Notes under the pieces: generated by a model
The model's input: the letters and a program-made list of their open reading frames with translations, nothing else
Database searches by the model: none
Told to the model about the DNA's origin: nothing
Origin: Rhodopila sp.
GTDB taxonomy: Bacteria; Pseudomonadota; Alphaproteobacteria; Acetobacterales; Acetobacteraceae
Reading direction: 5' to 3'
Length of the DNA: 57,946 nucleotides
Assembly (NCBI GenBank): GCA_031291715.1
Contig: JARLIN010000318.1
Location: 1 to 57,946, forward strand
Part shown: positions 18,228 to 28,209 of the stretch, in pieces
Layout of the letters: each line of letters starts with the position of its first letter
Numbering within the stretch: the stretch's first letter is position 1
Made by a program: the position numbers and the translations under genes

Positions 18228-19295
18228 ATGAATGACGATCTTGAAGCCCTGAAGACCGAGACCGATGCCGCATTGGCCGCCGCCGGTGATTTGCGGGCCT
18301 GGGATGCGGTGCGGATCGCCGTGCTGGGACGCAACGGCAGCCTGACCGGCATGCTGCGCGATCTGGGCAAGACCCCGCCAGAGCAGCGGAAAGACCGCGG
18401 CGCTGCGCTGAACCGGTTGAAGGACGCGCTGACGTCGGCTATCGAGGCCCGAAAGGCGCAGCTTGAGGACGCGGCGCTCGACGCTCGGCTTCTGTCGGAG
18501 CGGATCGATCCAACCCTGCCGCCGCGGCCGCGTGACTCCGGCCTGATCCATCCGATCGCGCGGACGATGGAAGAGATCGCGGCGATCTTCGGCGCCATGG
18601 GCTGCACCGTGGTGGATGGGCCGGACGTGGAAAGCGACTGGTTCAACTTCGGCGCGCTGAACATCCCGGCGCACCATCCGGCCCGCGCCGACCACGACAC
18701 CTTTTATCTGCCACCGCGTGATGGCGGTGCGCCGCCGGTGTTGCGGACGCATACCTCTCCCGGTCAGATCCGCACCATGCTGGCGCAGGAGCCGCCGATC
18801 CGGGTGATCGTCACCGGCCGCACCTATCGCGCCGACCATGACGCCACCCACTCGCCGATGTTCCATCAGTGCGAGGGGTTGGTGATCGACCGCGGCATGA
18901 CCCTGGGGCACCTGAAAGGCTGCCTGATCGACTTCCTGCGGACGTTCTTCGCGATCTCCGATCTGCCGGTGCGCTTCCGCTCATCCTACTTCCCGTTCAC
19001 CGAACCTTCGATGGAGGTGGATATCGGCTGGAACCGCAAGACCGGGGAACTCGGGCGCGGCGGCGACTGGCTAGAGATTCTGGGCAGCGGCATGGTGCAT
19101 CCGCGCGTGCTGGCCAATTGCGGCATTGACCCGCGGGAATGGCAGGGCTTCGCCTGGGGCATGGGCGTGGAACGGGTGACGATGCTGAAGCACGGGATGG
19201 CCGACTTGCGGCCGTTCTATGAATCCGACCTGCGCTGGCTGCGGCATTACGGGTTCAACCCGCTGGCGCCGGCAATGCTGCATGAGGGGATCTGA
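18228..19295 (+). CDS. pheS: Phenylalanine--tRNA ligase alpha subunit
   Basis: HPARADHDTF, LRTHTSPGQIR, THSPMFHQCEG, YFPFTEPS, GFAWGMGVER. Confidence 0.98.
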   Translation: MNDDLEALKTETDAALAAAGDLRAWDAVRIAVLGRNGSLTGMLRDLGKTPPEQRKDRGAALNRLKDALTSAIEARKAQLEDAALDARLLSERIDPTLPPRPRDSGLIHPIARTMEEIAAIFGAMGCTVVDGPDVESDWFNFGALNIPAHHPARADHDTFYLPPRDGGAPPVLRTHTSPGQIRTMLAQEPPIRVIVTGRTYRADHDATHSPMFHQCEGLVIDRGMTLGHLKGCLIDFLRTFFAISDLPVRFRSSYFPFTEPSMEVDIGWNRKTGELGRGGDWLEILGSGMVHPRVLANCGIDPREWQGFAWGMGVERVTMLKHGMADLRPFYESDLRWLRHYGFNPLAPAMLHEGI

Positions 19296-19298
19296 GCG

Positions 19299-21761
19299 AT
19301 GAAATTCACCCTCTCCTGGCTGAAAACGCATCTCCAGACCGAAGCGTCGCTGGAGGAAATCACCGATACGCTGACCCAGATCGGACTGGAACTGGAAGGC
19401 GTGGAGAATCGCGGGGCGGCGCTGGCGTCGTTTCGCATCGCCCATGTGATCGAGGCGGTGCAGCACCCCAACGCCGATCGGCTGCGCGTGTGCAAGGTCG
19501 ATACGGGCGACGGCATCGTGTCCGTCGTCTGCGGGGCCCCGAATGCGCGCACCGGCATGAAGGCGGTGTTCGCCGCGCCGGGCGCGTTCATTCCCGGCAC
19601 CTCAGTGACCCTGAAGGTCGGTGAGATCAGGGGCGTGCAGAGCGCCGGGATGCTTCTGTCCGCACGAGAGATGGGTCTCGGCGACGATCATTCCGGCATC
19701 ATCGAACTGCCGAGCGAGGCACCCATCGGGGTGTCTTACGCGGGATGGGCAGGATTGGACGATCCGGTCATCGAGATCAGCGTCACACCGAACCGCGGCG
19801 ATTGTTTCTCGGTTCGTGGCGTGGCGCGCGACCTGGCCGCTGCCGGCCTCGGGACGCTGAAACCGTTCGCGCCGGCGGCGATACCGCCCCTGTTCGATGG
19901 CGGCCCGCGCTGGGACATCGCATTCCCGGAAGCCTGCCCCTGGATTCTTGGCCGGACCATCCGGGGGGTGAAGAATTCCCCCAGCCCGAAGTGGTTGCAG
20001 GATCGGCTCACCTTCATCGGGTTGCGGCCGATCAATGCCTTGGTCGATATCACCAATTTCTTCACACTTGATCTTGGCCGCCCGCTGCACGTGTTCGATG
20101 TGGCGAAGCTGTCGGGCGATGTGCTGACGCTCCGGCGCGGCGCCGGGGAGACGATGCGCGCGCTGAACGGCAAGGATTATGTCGTCGATCGCGAAGACTG
20201 CGCGATCTGCGACGCTGCCGGGGTCCAATCCATCGCCGGAGTCATCGGCGGCGAGGCGACCGGCTGCGACGAGTCCACGACAACCGTCTTCGTGGAATGC
20301 GCGCTGTTCGACCCGATCCGCATCGCGTTGACCGGGCGGCGGCATCAGATCGTCTCCGATGCACGGCAGCGGTTCGAGCGCGGGATCGATCCCGCGCTGA
20401 TGCCCGATGCAATCGAGGCGGCGACCGCGCTGATCCTTGAACTATGCGGCGGCGAACCCAGCACGGTCACTGCAGCCGGCGCGGAACCCGCCTGGCGGCG
20501 CGACGCGACGATGCGCTTCGCCCGGATAGCAAGCTTTGGCGGGTCGAATATTCCCGCCGCCGAGGCCGTCGCGTCGCTGGAACGCCTGGGCTTCGCCTTG
20601 CGGCGACGCGACACGGACAGTGTCACCGTCGCGGTGCCCTCCTGGCGCAACGACATCGCTGCCCCGATCAGCCTGGACCAGTCGCCGACACTTGACCCGG
20701 CCAAAGCCGCGCAGGCCGCCGACGGATGTGCGGTGGTCGAGGCGGAGAACGATCTGATCGAGGAAGTGCTGCGCCTTCGCGGCCTGGACGCGGTGCCGGC
20801 CGTATCCCTCCCGCGCGAAAGCCCGGTGCCGGCCGCGACGTTGACCCCAAGGCAACAGCGGAACGCGCTGGCGCGCCGGACACTGGCGGCGGCGGGCCTG
20901 ATGGAGTGTGTGACGTTCAGCTTCATGGCTCGCGCCGAGGCGGAATGGTTTGGCTCGACTCCGGACGCATTGCGCCTGAGCAACCCGATCGCGGCGGATC
21001 TGGATCAGCTTCGGCCGACGCCACTCGCAACACTGGCGCTGGCGGCGAAACGGAATGCGGCGCGAGGGTATTCCGATGTCAGCCTGTTCGAGATCGGGCC
21101 GGCATTCGCCACCGACGCGCCGGATGGGCAGAAGCTGGTCGCGGCCGGGCTGCGCACGGGACTGACGCCACGGAGTTGGCTGGTGCCTCAGCGGCCGGTC
21201 GATACGATGGACGCGAAGGGTGATCTCTGGGCGATGCTGACCGCGATCGGCGTGCCGTTGGAGGCGTTGCAGATTTCGGCCGACGCACCTTCCTTCCTGC
21301 ATCCGGGTCGCTCGGGTCTGGTGCGGCAGGGGCCGAAGACGGTGATGGGCTATTTCGGCGAAATCCATCCTCGGTTGTTGGCGGCGCTGGACCTGCCGGG
21401 ACCGATGGTCGTGTTCGAGCTGAACCTGGACGCGGTGGCCGATCCGAAGCGGCGCAAGAAGGCCGCGCCCGACCTGCCTGCGTTCCAGCCGGTGCGCCGC
21501 GATTTCGCGTTCCTGGTGGATAGCGCCGTCGCGGCCGACAGCGTTATGCGGGCGGCGCGTGGTTCGGAACGCACCCTGATCACGGCGGTGTCGCTGTTCG
21601 ACCTTTACGAGGGTGACAAACTGCCGGAGGGGAAGAAATCGCTCGCGATCGAGGTCACGTTCCAGCCGCGCGAACGCACCCTGACGGACGCGGAGATCGA
21701 GGCCGCGTGCCAGAAGGTCGTCGCAGCGGTGGCGAAGGCGACAGGAGCGACGCTACGATAA
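19299..21761 (+). CDS. pheT: Phenylalanine--tRNA ligase beta subunit
   Basis: MKFTLSWLK, HPNADRLRVC, CGAPN, TPNRGD, RFERGID, FDX-ACB C-terminus. Confidence 0.98.
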   Translation: MKFTLSWLKTHLQTEASLEEITDTLTQIGLELEGVENRGAALASFRIAHVIEAVQHPNADRLRVCKVDTGDGIVSVVCGAPNARTGMKAVFAAPGAFIPGTSVTLKVGEIRGVQSAGMLLSAREMGLGDDHSGIIELPSEAPIGVSYAGWAGLDDPVIEISVTPNRGDCFSVRGVARDLAAAGLGTLKPFAPAAIPPLFDGGPRWDIAFPEACPWILGRTIRGVKNSPSPKWLQDRLTFIGLRPINALVDITNFFTLDLGRPLHVFDVAKLSGDVLTLRRGAGETMRALNGKDYVVDREDCAICDAAGVQSIAGVIGGEATGCDESTTTVFVECALFDPIRIALTGRRHQIVSDARQRFERGIDPALMPDAIEAATALILELCGGEPSTVTAAGAEPAWRRDATMRFARIASFGGSNIPAAEAVASLERLGFALRRRDTDSVTVAVPSWRNDIAAPISLDQSPTLDPAKAAQAADGCAVVEAENDLIEEVLRLRGLDAVPAVSLPRESPVPAATLTPRQQRNALARRTLAAAGLMECVTFSFMARAEAEWFGSTPDALRLSNPIAADLDQLRPTPLATLALAAKRNAARGYSDVSLFEIGPAFATDAPDGQKLVAAGLRTGLTPRSWLVPQRPVDTMDAKGDLWAMLTAIGVPLEALQISADAPSFLHPGRSGLVRQGPKTVMGYFGEIHPRLLAALDLPGPMVVFELNLDAVADPKRRKKAAPDLPAFQPVRRDFAFLVDSAVAADSVMRAARGSERTLITAVSLFDLYEGDKLPEGKKSLAIEVTFQPRERTLTDAEIEAACQKVVAAVAKATGATLR

Positions 21762-21855
21762 TCGGGTTGGCGTCTTTCGCCGCCCGCCCATGAGGCGATC
21801 CGCATAGCCGGCGTCGGCGGTATTCCTGCCGCCGCCGGCCATGCTGAAGATCCCG

Positions 21856-22437
21856 TTACGCTACGCCCAGCGCGCTGCGCAGATCGCCGACCACTTTGTC
21901 GGTCGTCCGCTTCCGCCAGCGCACGCGCTGCCCGATTGGGGTGTTTTCGACCTCGGGCAGCACCTTCAAGGCAACGAATACCGGCCCAGGCGCCGCCAGT
22001 ATCCCCGGCAATTCCCGGCTGAAATCCTCCGGTTCGGTGAAGCTGTGGGCACGTGGATAACCACTGGCGCGGGCGATGCCGGCGTAATCGACCTGCTTGG
22101 CACCCGGCACCGGCTGGCCGCCCGTCGTGGCATAGACCTCGTTGTCCAGGAGGAAGTGATAGAAATTAGCCGGCGCCTGCTCGGCGATGGTCGGCAATTG
22201 CCCCAGGCTCATGAGAATGTCGCCCTCAGAGTCGAACAGCACAACGCGCTTGTTCGGCTGGGCAAGCGCAAGGCCGAGCCCAAAGCCGGAATGACCGCCC
22301 ATGGCGGGATCACCGAGCGGGAGGTCCAGCGCCGTATCGCTGATCTGCATCCAATGGCGGCCGCCACGGCCGGAGATCACGATCGCATCGCCACGGTGTT
22401 CGGCGAAGACCTTTAATACTTCGGCTGTGTGCATCAT
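21856..22437 (-). CDS. ThDP-dependent decarboxylase beta subunit (ComE/Ppd-like)
   Basis: MGGHSGFGLGLALAQPNKRVVLFDSEGDILM, LLDNEVYATTGGQP. Confidence 0.8.
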   Translation of the reverse strand: MMHTAEVLKVFAEHRGDAIVISGRGGRHWMQISDTALDLPLGDPAMGGHSGFGLGLALAQPNKRVVLFDSEGDILMSLGQLPTIAEQAPANFYHFLLDNEVYATTGGQPVPGAKQVDYAGIARASGYPRAHSFTEPEDFSRELPGILAAPGPVFVALKVLPEVENTPIGQRVRWRKRTTDKVVGDLRSALGVA

Positions 22438-22451
22438 TGCCTTGCCCTGCT

Positions 22452-22970
22452 TTACCGGTTGAAGCCGTGATACTCGTCGCCGACCAGGACGACGACGGGC
22501 TGACGGATTCTCTCCGCCAGTTCGAAGGCTTTCGTTATGCGATCGGAATCGGAATCGTTCTCGATCAGGTAAAACGGGATGTTAAAGGCCATCAGAAATC
22601 GTTCAGTATAAGTCGCCGCCGTATCAGTGTTCACGCCATGCCTGGTGTAGCCCCGGTAGCCGACCATCAGCACGACCGGCACGTTCAGGCCCATCAGCCA
22701 GCCGCGGATGGAATCGCCGGATTCCAGCATGCCGGTGTTCTGGATCAGGATCATCGGCTTGCGGCCGCCCGCATACAGGCCCGCGGTGATCGAGCACGCA
22801 TGCCCTTCCCGTGTCACCCCGACCAGCCGGAGGTCGGGATCAGCTTTCATCAACAGATACAGCCAGTTGGTCTCGCTGTCCGGCAGCCAGACGATGTCCG
22901 TGACACCATTCTGCTTCATCTGCCGCATCACCGTCTCGGGGCTCAGCGCCACCGTGGACACGTCGTTCAT
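22452..22970 (-). CDS. ThDP-dependent decarboxylase alpha subunit (ComD-like)
   Basis: LPDS, VTREGHACSITAG, LIQNTG, MVGYRG. Confidence 0.8.
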   Translation of the reverse strand: MNDVSTVALSPETVMRQMKQNGVTDIVWLPDSETNWLYLLMKADPDLRLVGVTREGHACSITAGLYAGGRKPMILIQNTGMLESGDSIRGWLMGLNVPVVLMVGYRGYTRHGVNTDTAATYTERFLMAFNIPFYLIENDSDSDRITKAFELAERIRQPVVVLVGDEYHGFNR

Positions 22971-23054
22971 GCCGGTTCCCTCCCCTCCCGTTTGTCGGGT
23001 CGCTGATACGCAGCTAACATCGGATCAATGGATAGAACCAGGGGAGCAGGCAGA

Positions 23055-23933
23055 ATGGCCACGACAACGTTCAAGGTCGGCGACATGATCGTCCACCGGA
23101 TTATCGAGATGGAGTGCGGCTTCACGCCGGCGCTGGAGTTCCTGCCGACGCTGACGCCGGAGATGCTGGCGGAGAGCCGGTCGTGGATGAAGACGCCGAT
23201 GGCGCTGGACGATCAGGACCGGCTGGTGCTGTGCTTCCAGGCCTATATCGTGCGCACCGGACGCCACATCATCCTGGTTGATAGTTGCGTTGGAAACGAC
23301 AAGGACCGGCCGACACGGCCGATCTGGCATATGAAGACGGACAACGTGTTCATGCAGGGCCTCGCGGAGGTCGGGCTGACGGTGAACGACATCGATTTCG
23401 TTCTTTGCACGCATCTTCATGTCGATCATGTCGGCTGGAACACGCGGTTGGAAAACGGCCGCTGGGTTCCTACGTTCCCGAAGGCGCGTTATCTTTTCTC
23501 CAAGACGGAACTGGATTTCTGGCTGGCGGAGAATGACAGGGCGACGGTGCCGCCGATCGCGGACAGCGTCATTCCGATCGTGGAAGCGAAGCGCTGCGAC
23601 CTGGTCACCAGCGATCATGCGCTGAACGACCTCGTGAAGCTCATTCCGACCCCGGGCCACACGATCGATCATTACGCTGTGACGCTCGGCAGGACTGGAC
23701 GCGACGCAGTCATCACGGGCGACCTGATCCATACGCCGTTGCAGGCGAAGTGGACCGATCTGGCGATGCGGATCGATTACGATCCGATCCAAAGCTCCGC
23801 GACTCGCCGGAAGTTTCTGGAGACGTATTGCGATACCGACACGCAATGCTGCTTCGCACATTTCCCGTCGCCGTCCCGCGGGTACATCAAGCGGTGGGGC
23901 GACGGGTTTAAGTGCGAGTATATTACCGGGTAA
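23055..23933 (+). CDS. MBL-fold metallo-hydrolase
   Basis: THLHVDHVGWN, TPGHT, GDLIH motifs; GGGGAG RBS. Confidence 0.92.
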   Translation: MATTTFKVGDMIVHRIIEMECGFTPALEFLPTLTPEMLAESRSWMKTPMALDDQDRLVLCFQAYIVRTGRHIILVDSCVGNDKDRPTRPIWHMKTDNVFMQGLAEVGLTVNDIDFVLCTHLHVDHVGWNTRLENGRWVPTFPKARYLFSKTELDFWLAENDRATVPPIADSVIPIVEAKRCDLVTSDHALNDLVKLIPTPGHTIDHYAVTLGRTGRDAVITGDLIHTPLQAKWTDLAMRIDYDPIQSSATRRKFLETYCDTDTQCCFAHFPSPSRGYIKRWGDGFKCEYITG

Positions 23934-24224
23934 TCAGACGCCTTCGACCAGCCTGATGTCTCGTTCGGCCCCATCGCCGAGCGCGGCAAGGGCGGCCTGG
24001 TAGGCAGCAGAGTCGTGGGTGGCGACGGCCTGCGCCAGGCTGTCGAACTCGATGACGACGGTGCGCTGGTTGAGTCCGGCTTCGTAGGTCTTGGCCGGCG
24101 TGCCGCGGACGATGAACGTGCCGCCACCGGCGGCAATCGCGGGGCCGGCGAGCTGCGCGTAGGCGGCGAGCTTCTCGGGGTTGGTCACGGCACGATAGGT
24201 GCCGATCCAGTACGTCTTGGCCAT
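23934..24224 (-). CDS. DUF1330 domain protein
   Basis: GGTFIVRG, RTVVIEFDS, SAAYQAA, RDIRLVEGV; GGAGG RBS. Confidence 0.88.
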   Translation of the reverse strand: MAKTYWIGTYRAVTNPEKLAAYAQLAGPAIAAGGGTFIVRGTPAKTYEAGLNQRTVVIEFDSLAQAVATHDSAAYQAALAALGDGAERDIRLVEGV

Positions 24225-24277
24225 GGGTTCCTCCTGATTGGGATGAACCAATGTATCAGCCGGCCCGGGCAGGGCAA

Positions 24278-26335
24278 TCATGAACGATCGATCGCGATAT
24301 TCCCAAAATCATCCACGCGCGCGGTCATGCCCTTCGGCACAAGACAGGTGGCGTCATATTCCTGCACGAGCAGCGGGCCCGGGACCGAGCCGATCAAACC
24401 GGCGCGATCGGTGACTGGCGTGTCGATCCACCCCTCGCCCGGGAACCAGGCGCGACGGCTCGCGGGCACCGGCTGATCGAACGGGGGAATGCGGACAGGT
24501 AACCGAGGCTGGTCCGGCAGGCCGCGCGCCATGACGGACAGGCCGATGAGGTCCACCGGCTCGCCGTCCGGGGCACGGAAGCCGTAGGTCTTTTCGTGTT
24601 CCACGGCGAACAGCTCGGCGATGAGGGCCGGCGTGACGGCACCATCGGGTAGCGCGACTTCGATCTCGCTTGATTGGCCGGCATAACGGGCAGAGGCGGC
24701 GCGCTGGAACATCTGTCGTTCCAGGGCGAACCCGTCACGGATCAGTCGTTGCGTCCCCGCCGTGGTCAGATCGGCGATGATTCCGCTGATGCGGTTTGGA
24801 TCTGCCTGGCTCAGGCGAACGCGGACGCTTTGGCGCGCGTGGTGTTCCGCATCAGCGACCAGCAGCCCGAAGGCGCTGAACACACCCGGCAAGGGTGGGA
24901 TGATGATCCGCGCGATCCCGAGTTCGGCGGCGATGCCGGCGGCGAACAGAGGTCCGTTGCCCCCGAACGCCAGCATCGCGAACTGGCGGGGGTCGCGGCC
25001 ACGCTCGACCGACACCGCACGGATCGCCCGCATCATCGTTGCGGAGGCAAGGCGGAGCATGCCGTGGGCCGCCTCCTCGACCGAACACCCTAACGGGCCA
25101 GCCAGATCGCGACGGATCGCGGCGCGGGCGGCGTCCAGGTCCAGGCGCATGGTCCCGCCGGTCAGGCCGCCGGGGTCCAGATAGCCGAGGACCAGGTTGC
25201 AGTCGGTGATGGTCGGTGCTGTGCCGCCTCGGCCGTAGCAGGCCGGCCCCGGAACGGCGCCGGCACTTTCTGGGCCGACTTTCGGCGCCCCGGCGCTGTC
25301 CAGGCGGCAAATGGACCCACCGCCGGCACCAACCTCGGCCAGGTCGATGGCGGGAAGTTTCAGCATGTAGCCGGCACCGACCAGCAGGCGCGATCCGGCC
25401 ATGACGCCACCGCCCACTTCGAGGGCTTCGGCGCGCAGGACTTCGCCGTTCTCGACCAGGCCGGCCTTGGCGGTCGTTCCACCCATGTCGAACGTAATGA
25501 TCCGGGGCTCGTCCAGACGCCGTGCGAGCGCGGCACCGCCGACAACGCCGGCGGCGGGGCCGCTTTCGATGATGTGGGCGGGCGATTCGGCGGCGAAAGC
25601 GACGGAGGCAAGGCCGCCGTTCGACTGCATCAGTTGCAGCGGCGCCTCGATCCCGAGGGCGCGCAGGCGGGCGTCCAGCGCGGTGATATAGGCACGCACC
25701 ACGGGCTGGACGTAGGCGTTGATGACGGTGGTGCTTGTGCGCGGATACTCCTTGATCTCCGGCAGGATCTCGCTGCTGACAGAGATAGCGATGTCCGGCA
25801 TCGCATCGCGCACGGCCTGGGCCACCGCCTGTTCGTGCGCCGGATTGGCGTAGCTGTGCAGCAGGCAGATGGCCACGCTGGCAACCTGTTCGCGGCGAAG
25901 CATCGCAAGCACCGGTTCCAGGCTAGCCGGATCCAGCGGAACGGCGACCGAGCCGTCGGGCCGCATTTTCTCGGTCACTTCCAGACGCAGGCGGCGTTCG
26001 ACCAGGGCGCGCGGCTTGGTCCAGCCAATGTCGTACAACACCGGCATGCGCAGATCGCGGATTTCCAGGATGTCGCGGAAGCCGCGTGTGGTGATCAGCG
26101 CGGTTTTCGCTCCTTTGCCTTCCAGAATGGTGTTCGATCCAACGGTGGTGGCGTGCAGCACGTCGGAAACCGGACCACGGCGATCGGCAAGCAGTGATCG
26201 CAGACCGTCGATGATGCCCTCCCCATAGTCATGCGGGGTGGAGGCGGTCTTGTGTGTCGTTACGACCCCATCGGACCCAATCGCGACCAGATCGGTGAAG
26301 GTGCCGCCGATGTCGATACCAATGCGCAGGCTCAT
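24278..26335 (-). CDS. Hydantoinase/oxoprolinase subunit A (ATP-dependent)
   Basis: IGIDIGGTFTD, MQSNGG, ESGPAAG, DMGGTT, GAGGGSI, PGPACYG. Confidence 0.93.
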   Translation of the reverse strand: MSLRIGIDIGGTFTDLVAIGSDGVVTTHKTASTPHDYGEGIIDGLRSLLADRRGPVSDVLHATTVGSNTILEGKGAKTALITTRGFRDILEIRDLRMPVLYDIGWTKPRALVERRLRLEVTEKMRPDGSVAVPLDPASLEPVLAMLRREQVASVAICLLHSYANPAHEQAVAQAVRDAMPDIAISVSSEILPEIKEYPRTSTTVINAYVQPVVRAYITALDARLRALGIEAPLQLMQSNGGLASVAFAAESPAHIIESGPAAGVVGGAALARRLDEPRIITFDMGGTTAKAGLVENGEVLRAEALEVGGGVMAGSRLLVGAGYMLKLPAIDLAEVGAGGGSICRLDSAGAPKVGPESAGAVPGPACYGRGGTAPTITDCNLVLGYLDPGGLTGGTMRLDLDAARAAIRRDLAGPLGCSVEEAAHGMLRLASATMMRAIRAVSVERGRDPRQFAMLAFGGNGPLFAAGIAAELGIARIIIPPLPGVFSAFGLLVADAEHHARQSVRVRLSQADPNRISGIIADLTTAGTQRLIRDGFALERQMFQRAASARYAGQSSEIEVALPDGAVTPALIAELFAVEHEKTYGFRAPDGEPVDLIGLSVMARGLPDQPRLPVRIPPFDQPVPASRRAWFPGEGWIDTPVTDRAGLIGSVPGPLLVQEYDATCLVPKGMTARVDDFGNIAIDRS

Positions 26336-28095
26336 GCCGCTGGCTCCCACGCCACAGCGGGCAATGGCTTTCGTTCCGCCTTCAGACGGGCACGCAATGT
26401 TTCGGTGGCAGCGGCATCGATCAGCGGCGGATCGCCGGCGGCGACCACACCGTAATCGCGGGCGGCGGCTTCGATCGTGACCAGTCCATCGCGTAGGTCA
26501 CGGGCGACCAACGCCAGGTCACGGTCCAGCGCGGGACCCCAGCCACCCGCGCCGGGAAGCTCATGCCGGAAGATTTCTCCGCGTGTCAGGTTCATCGTCA
26601 GTTTGGCGTGCAGTTTCGTTTCGGTCGGCTGGCCGGGATTCATCACGTTCAAACCCGGAGCCCCCGGCCCGCCGCCTTGCAGCCCGTATGGACGATGCGT
26701 CTGCCGATCGGCACGAACCTGCAAGATTCCCTCATCAGCCAGCATGCGCCAGGTTTTCCGCTGCGACATCCCGCCGCGGAACTTGCCCGCACCACCGGTG
26801 TCGGGGACGAATTCGTAGTCCAGCACTTCAAGCGGGTTCTCTGCCTCGATCACTTCCACCGAGAAGCTGGCCATGTTGGCGAACATGCAGGTGTTGCCGT
26901 CCAGCCCGTCCGCCCATGGCCGCCCGCCCCAGGCGCCGGAGATGAAATCGACATAGATGAACGGGTTCAGATCCTTGTCGTAGCCGCCGATGGTGAGGCC
27001 GGTGTTGCCGCCATCCGATGCCGCGAACACCTTGTCCGGATAGAGTTGTGCCAGCGCACCGAAACAGCAATCGGTGCCCCGGAAGCCAGTCAATCCGCGA
27101 GCAGCACAGGCGGCCGGCAGCTTGCCGTTGGTAATCGTCCCCGGCGGCGCGATGATCTTGATCGGACGGAACACGCCGTCGTTGTTCGGCATGTTCACCG
27201 ACAGCACGGACTTTACCGCGGTGAAGCTCATGGCCGCTGTGTAGCTGAGTGTATTGTTGATCGCGCCTTTGACCTGCGGCGCGCTGCCGGTCCAGTCCAC
27301 CTCCATCGTGTCACCATGCTTGCGGATGGTGCAGACCAGCGGGATCGGTTTGCCGATATCGATCTGGTCGTCGTCGATCCAATCGGTAAAGGTCGCCTCA
27401 CCATCAGGCAGCTCCAGCAGGCACTGCCGGGTCAGCCGCTCGGAGTAATCCATCATCGCGACCATCAACCCACGGACACCATCGGCCCCGTAACGGCTCA
27501 CCAGGTCGGTCATCCCGCGCGCCGCGATCTCGCAGGCGGCAAGCTGCGAGCGAATATCGCCGAAGACACGCCCCGGCAGCCGAACATTACGCTCGATCAT
27601 GCGAAACAGCGTCGGGTTCGGCTGACCGCCTTCATACAGCTTCAGCGGGGGAATCCGCAGGCCCTCGGCATAGATCTCCGTGCTGTCGGACGCGTTCGAT
27701 CCCGGCACGCGCCCACCGACATCGGTATGGTGGCAGATCGTCGCGGCATAGGCGATCGGCTTCCCCTCGGCGAACAGCGGCTTGAAAATGAAGATGTCCG
27801 GCAAATGCATGCCGCCGTCATAAGGGTCGTTGTTGATGAAAATATCGCCCTCGTGCACATCGTCGCCGAAATGCGCCAGCACCGCCTGCAACGCCACCGG
27901 GATCGAGCATAAATGGCCTGGCAGTGAGAGCCCCTGCGCCACCAGCCGTCCCTGTGCGTCGCAGATCGCCGCACTGTAATCCATGATGTTCTTCAGGACG
28001 CCGGAATACGCCGTGCGATAGATGGTCAGTACCATTTCGTCGCCGATGGCCGAAATCGCATTGCGGAACAGTTCTTCGGTGATCGGATCGGACAT
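26332..28095 (-). CDS. Hydantoinase B/oxoprolinase subunit
   Basis: RTAYS, NNDPYDGGMHLPD, HHTDVGG, GGAGKFRGG, GAGGWG; starts MSDPIT at 28095; ATGA overlap with subunit A. Confidence 0.93.
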   Translation of the reverse strand: MSDPITEELFRNAISAIGDEMVLTIYRTAYSGVLKNIMDYSAAICDAQGRLVAQGLSLPGHLCSIPVALQAVLAHFGDDVHEGDIFINNDPYDGGMHLPDIFIFKPLFAEGKPIAYAATICHHTDVGGRVPGSNASDSTEIYAEGLRIPPLKLYEGGQPNPTLFRMIERNVRLPGRVFGDIRSQLAACEIAARGMTDLVSRYGADGVRGLMVAMMDYSERLTRQCLLELPDGEATFTDWIDDDQIDIGKPIPLVCTIRKHGDTMEVDWTGSAPQVKGAINNTLSYTAAMSFTAVKSVLSVNMPNNDGVFRPIKIIAPPGTITNGKLPAACAARGLTGFRGTDCCFGALAQLYPDKVFAASDGGNTGLTIGGYDKDLNPFIYVDFISGAWGGRPWADGLDGNTCMFANMASFSVEVIEAENPLEVLDYEFVPDTGGAGKFRGGMSQRKTWRMLADEGILQVRADRQTHRPYGLQGGGPGAPGLNVMNPGQPTETKLHAKLTMNLTRGEIFRHELPGAGGWGPALDRDLALVARDLRDGLVTIEAAARDYGVVAAGDPPLIDAAATETLRARLKAERKPLPAVAWEPAA

Positions 28096-28209
28096 AGTGC
28101 CGGTTATTCCCTGCTGACCGTTTATCCGACCACCGATGCGGTTCCGTGGCAACCGTCGGGCGGCTGTGCCAAGCTGGTTAGCGAATCGTGACCAAAGGTT
28201 GCCCCTTTC

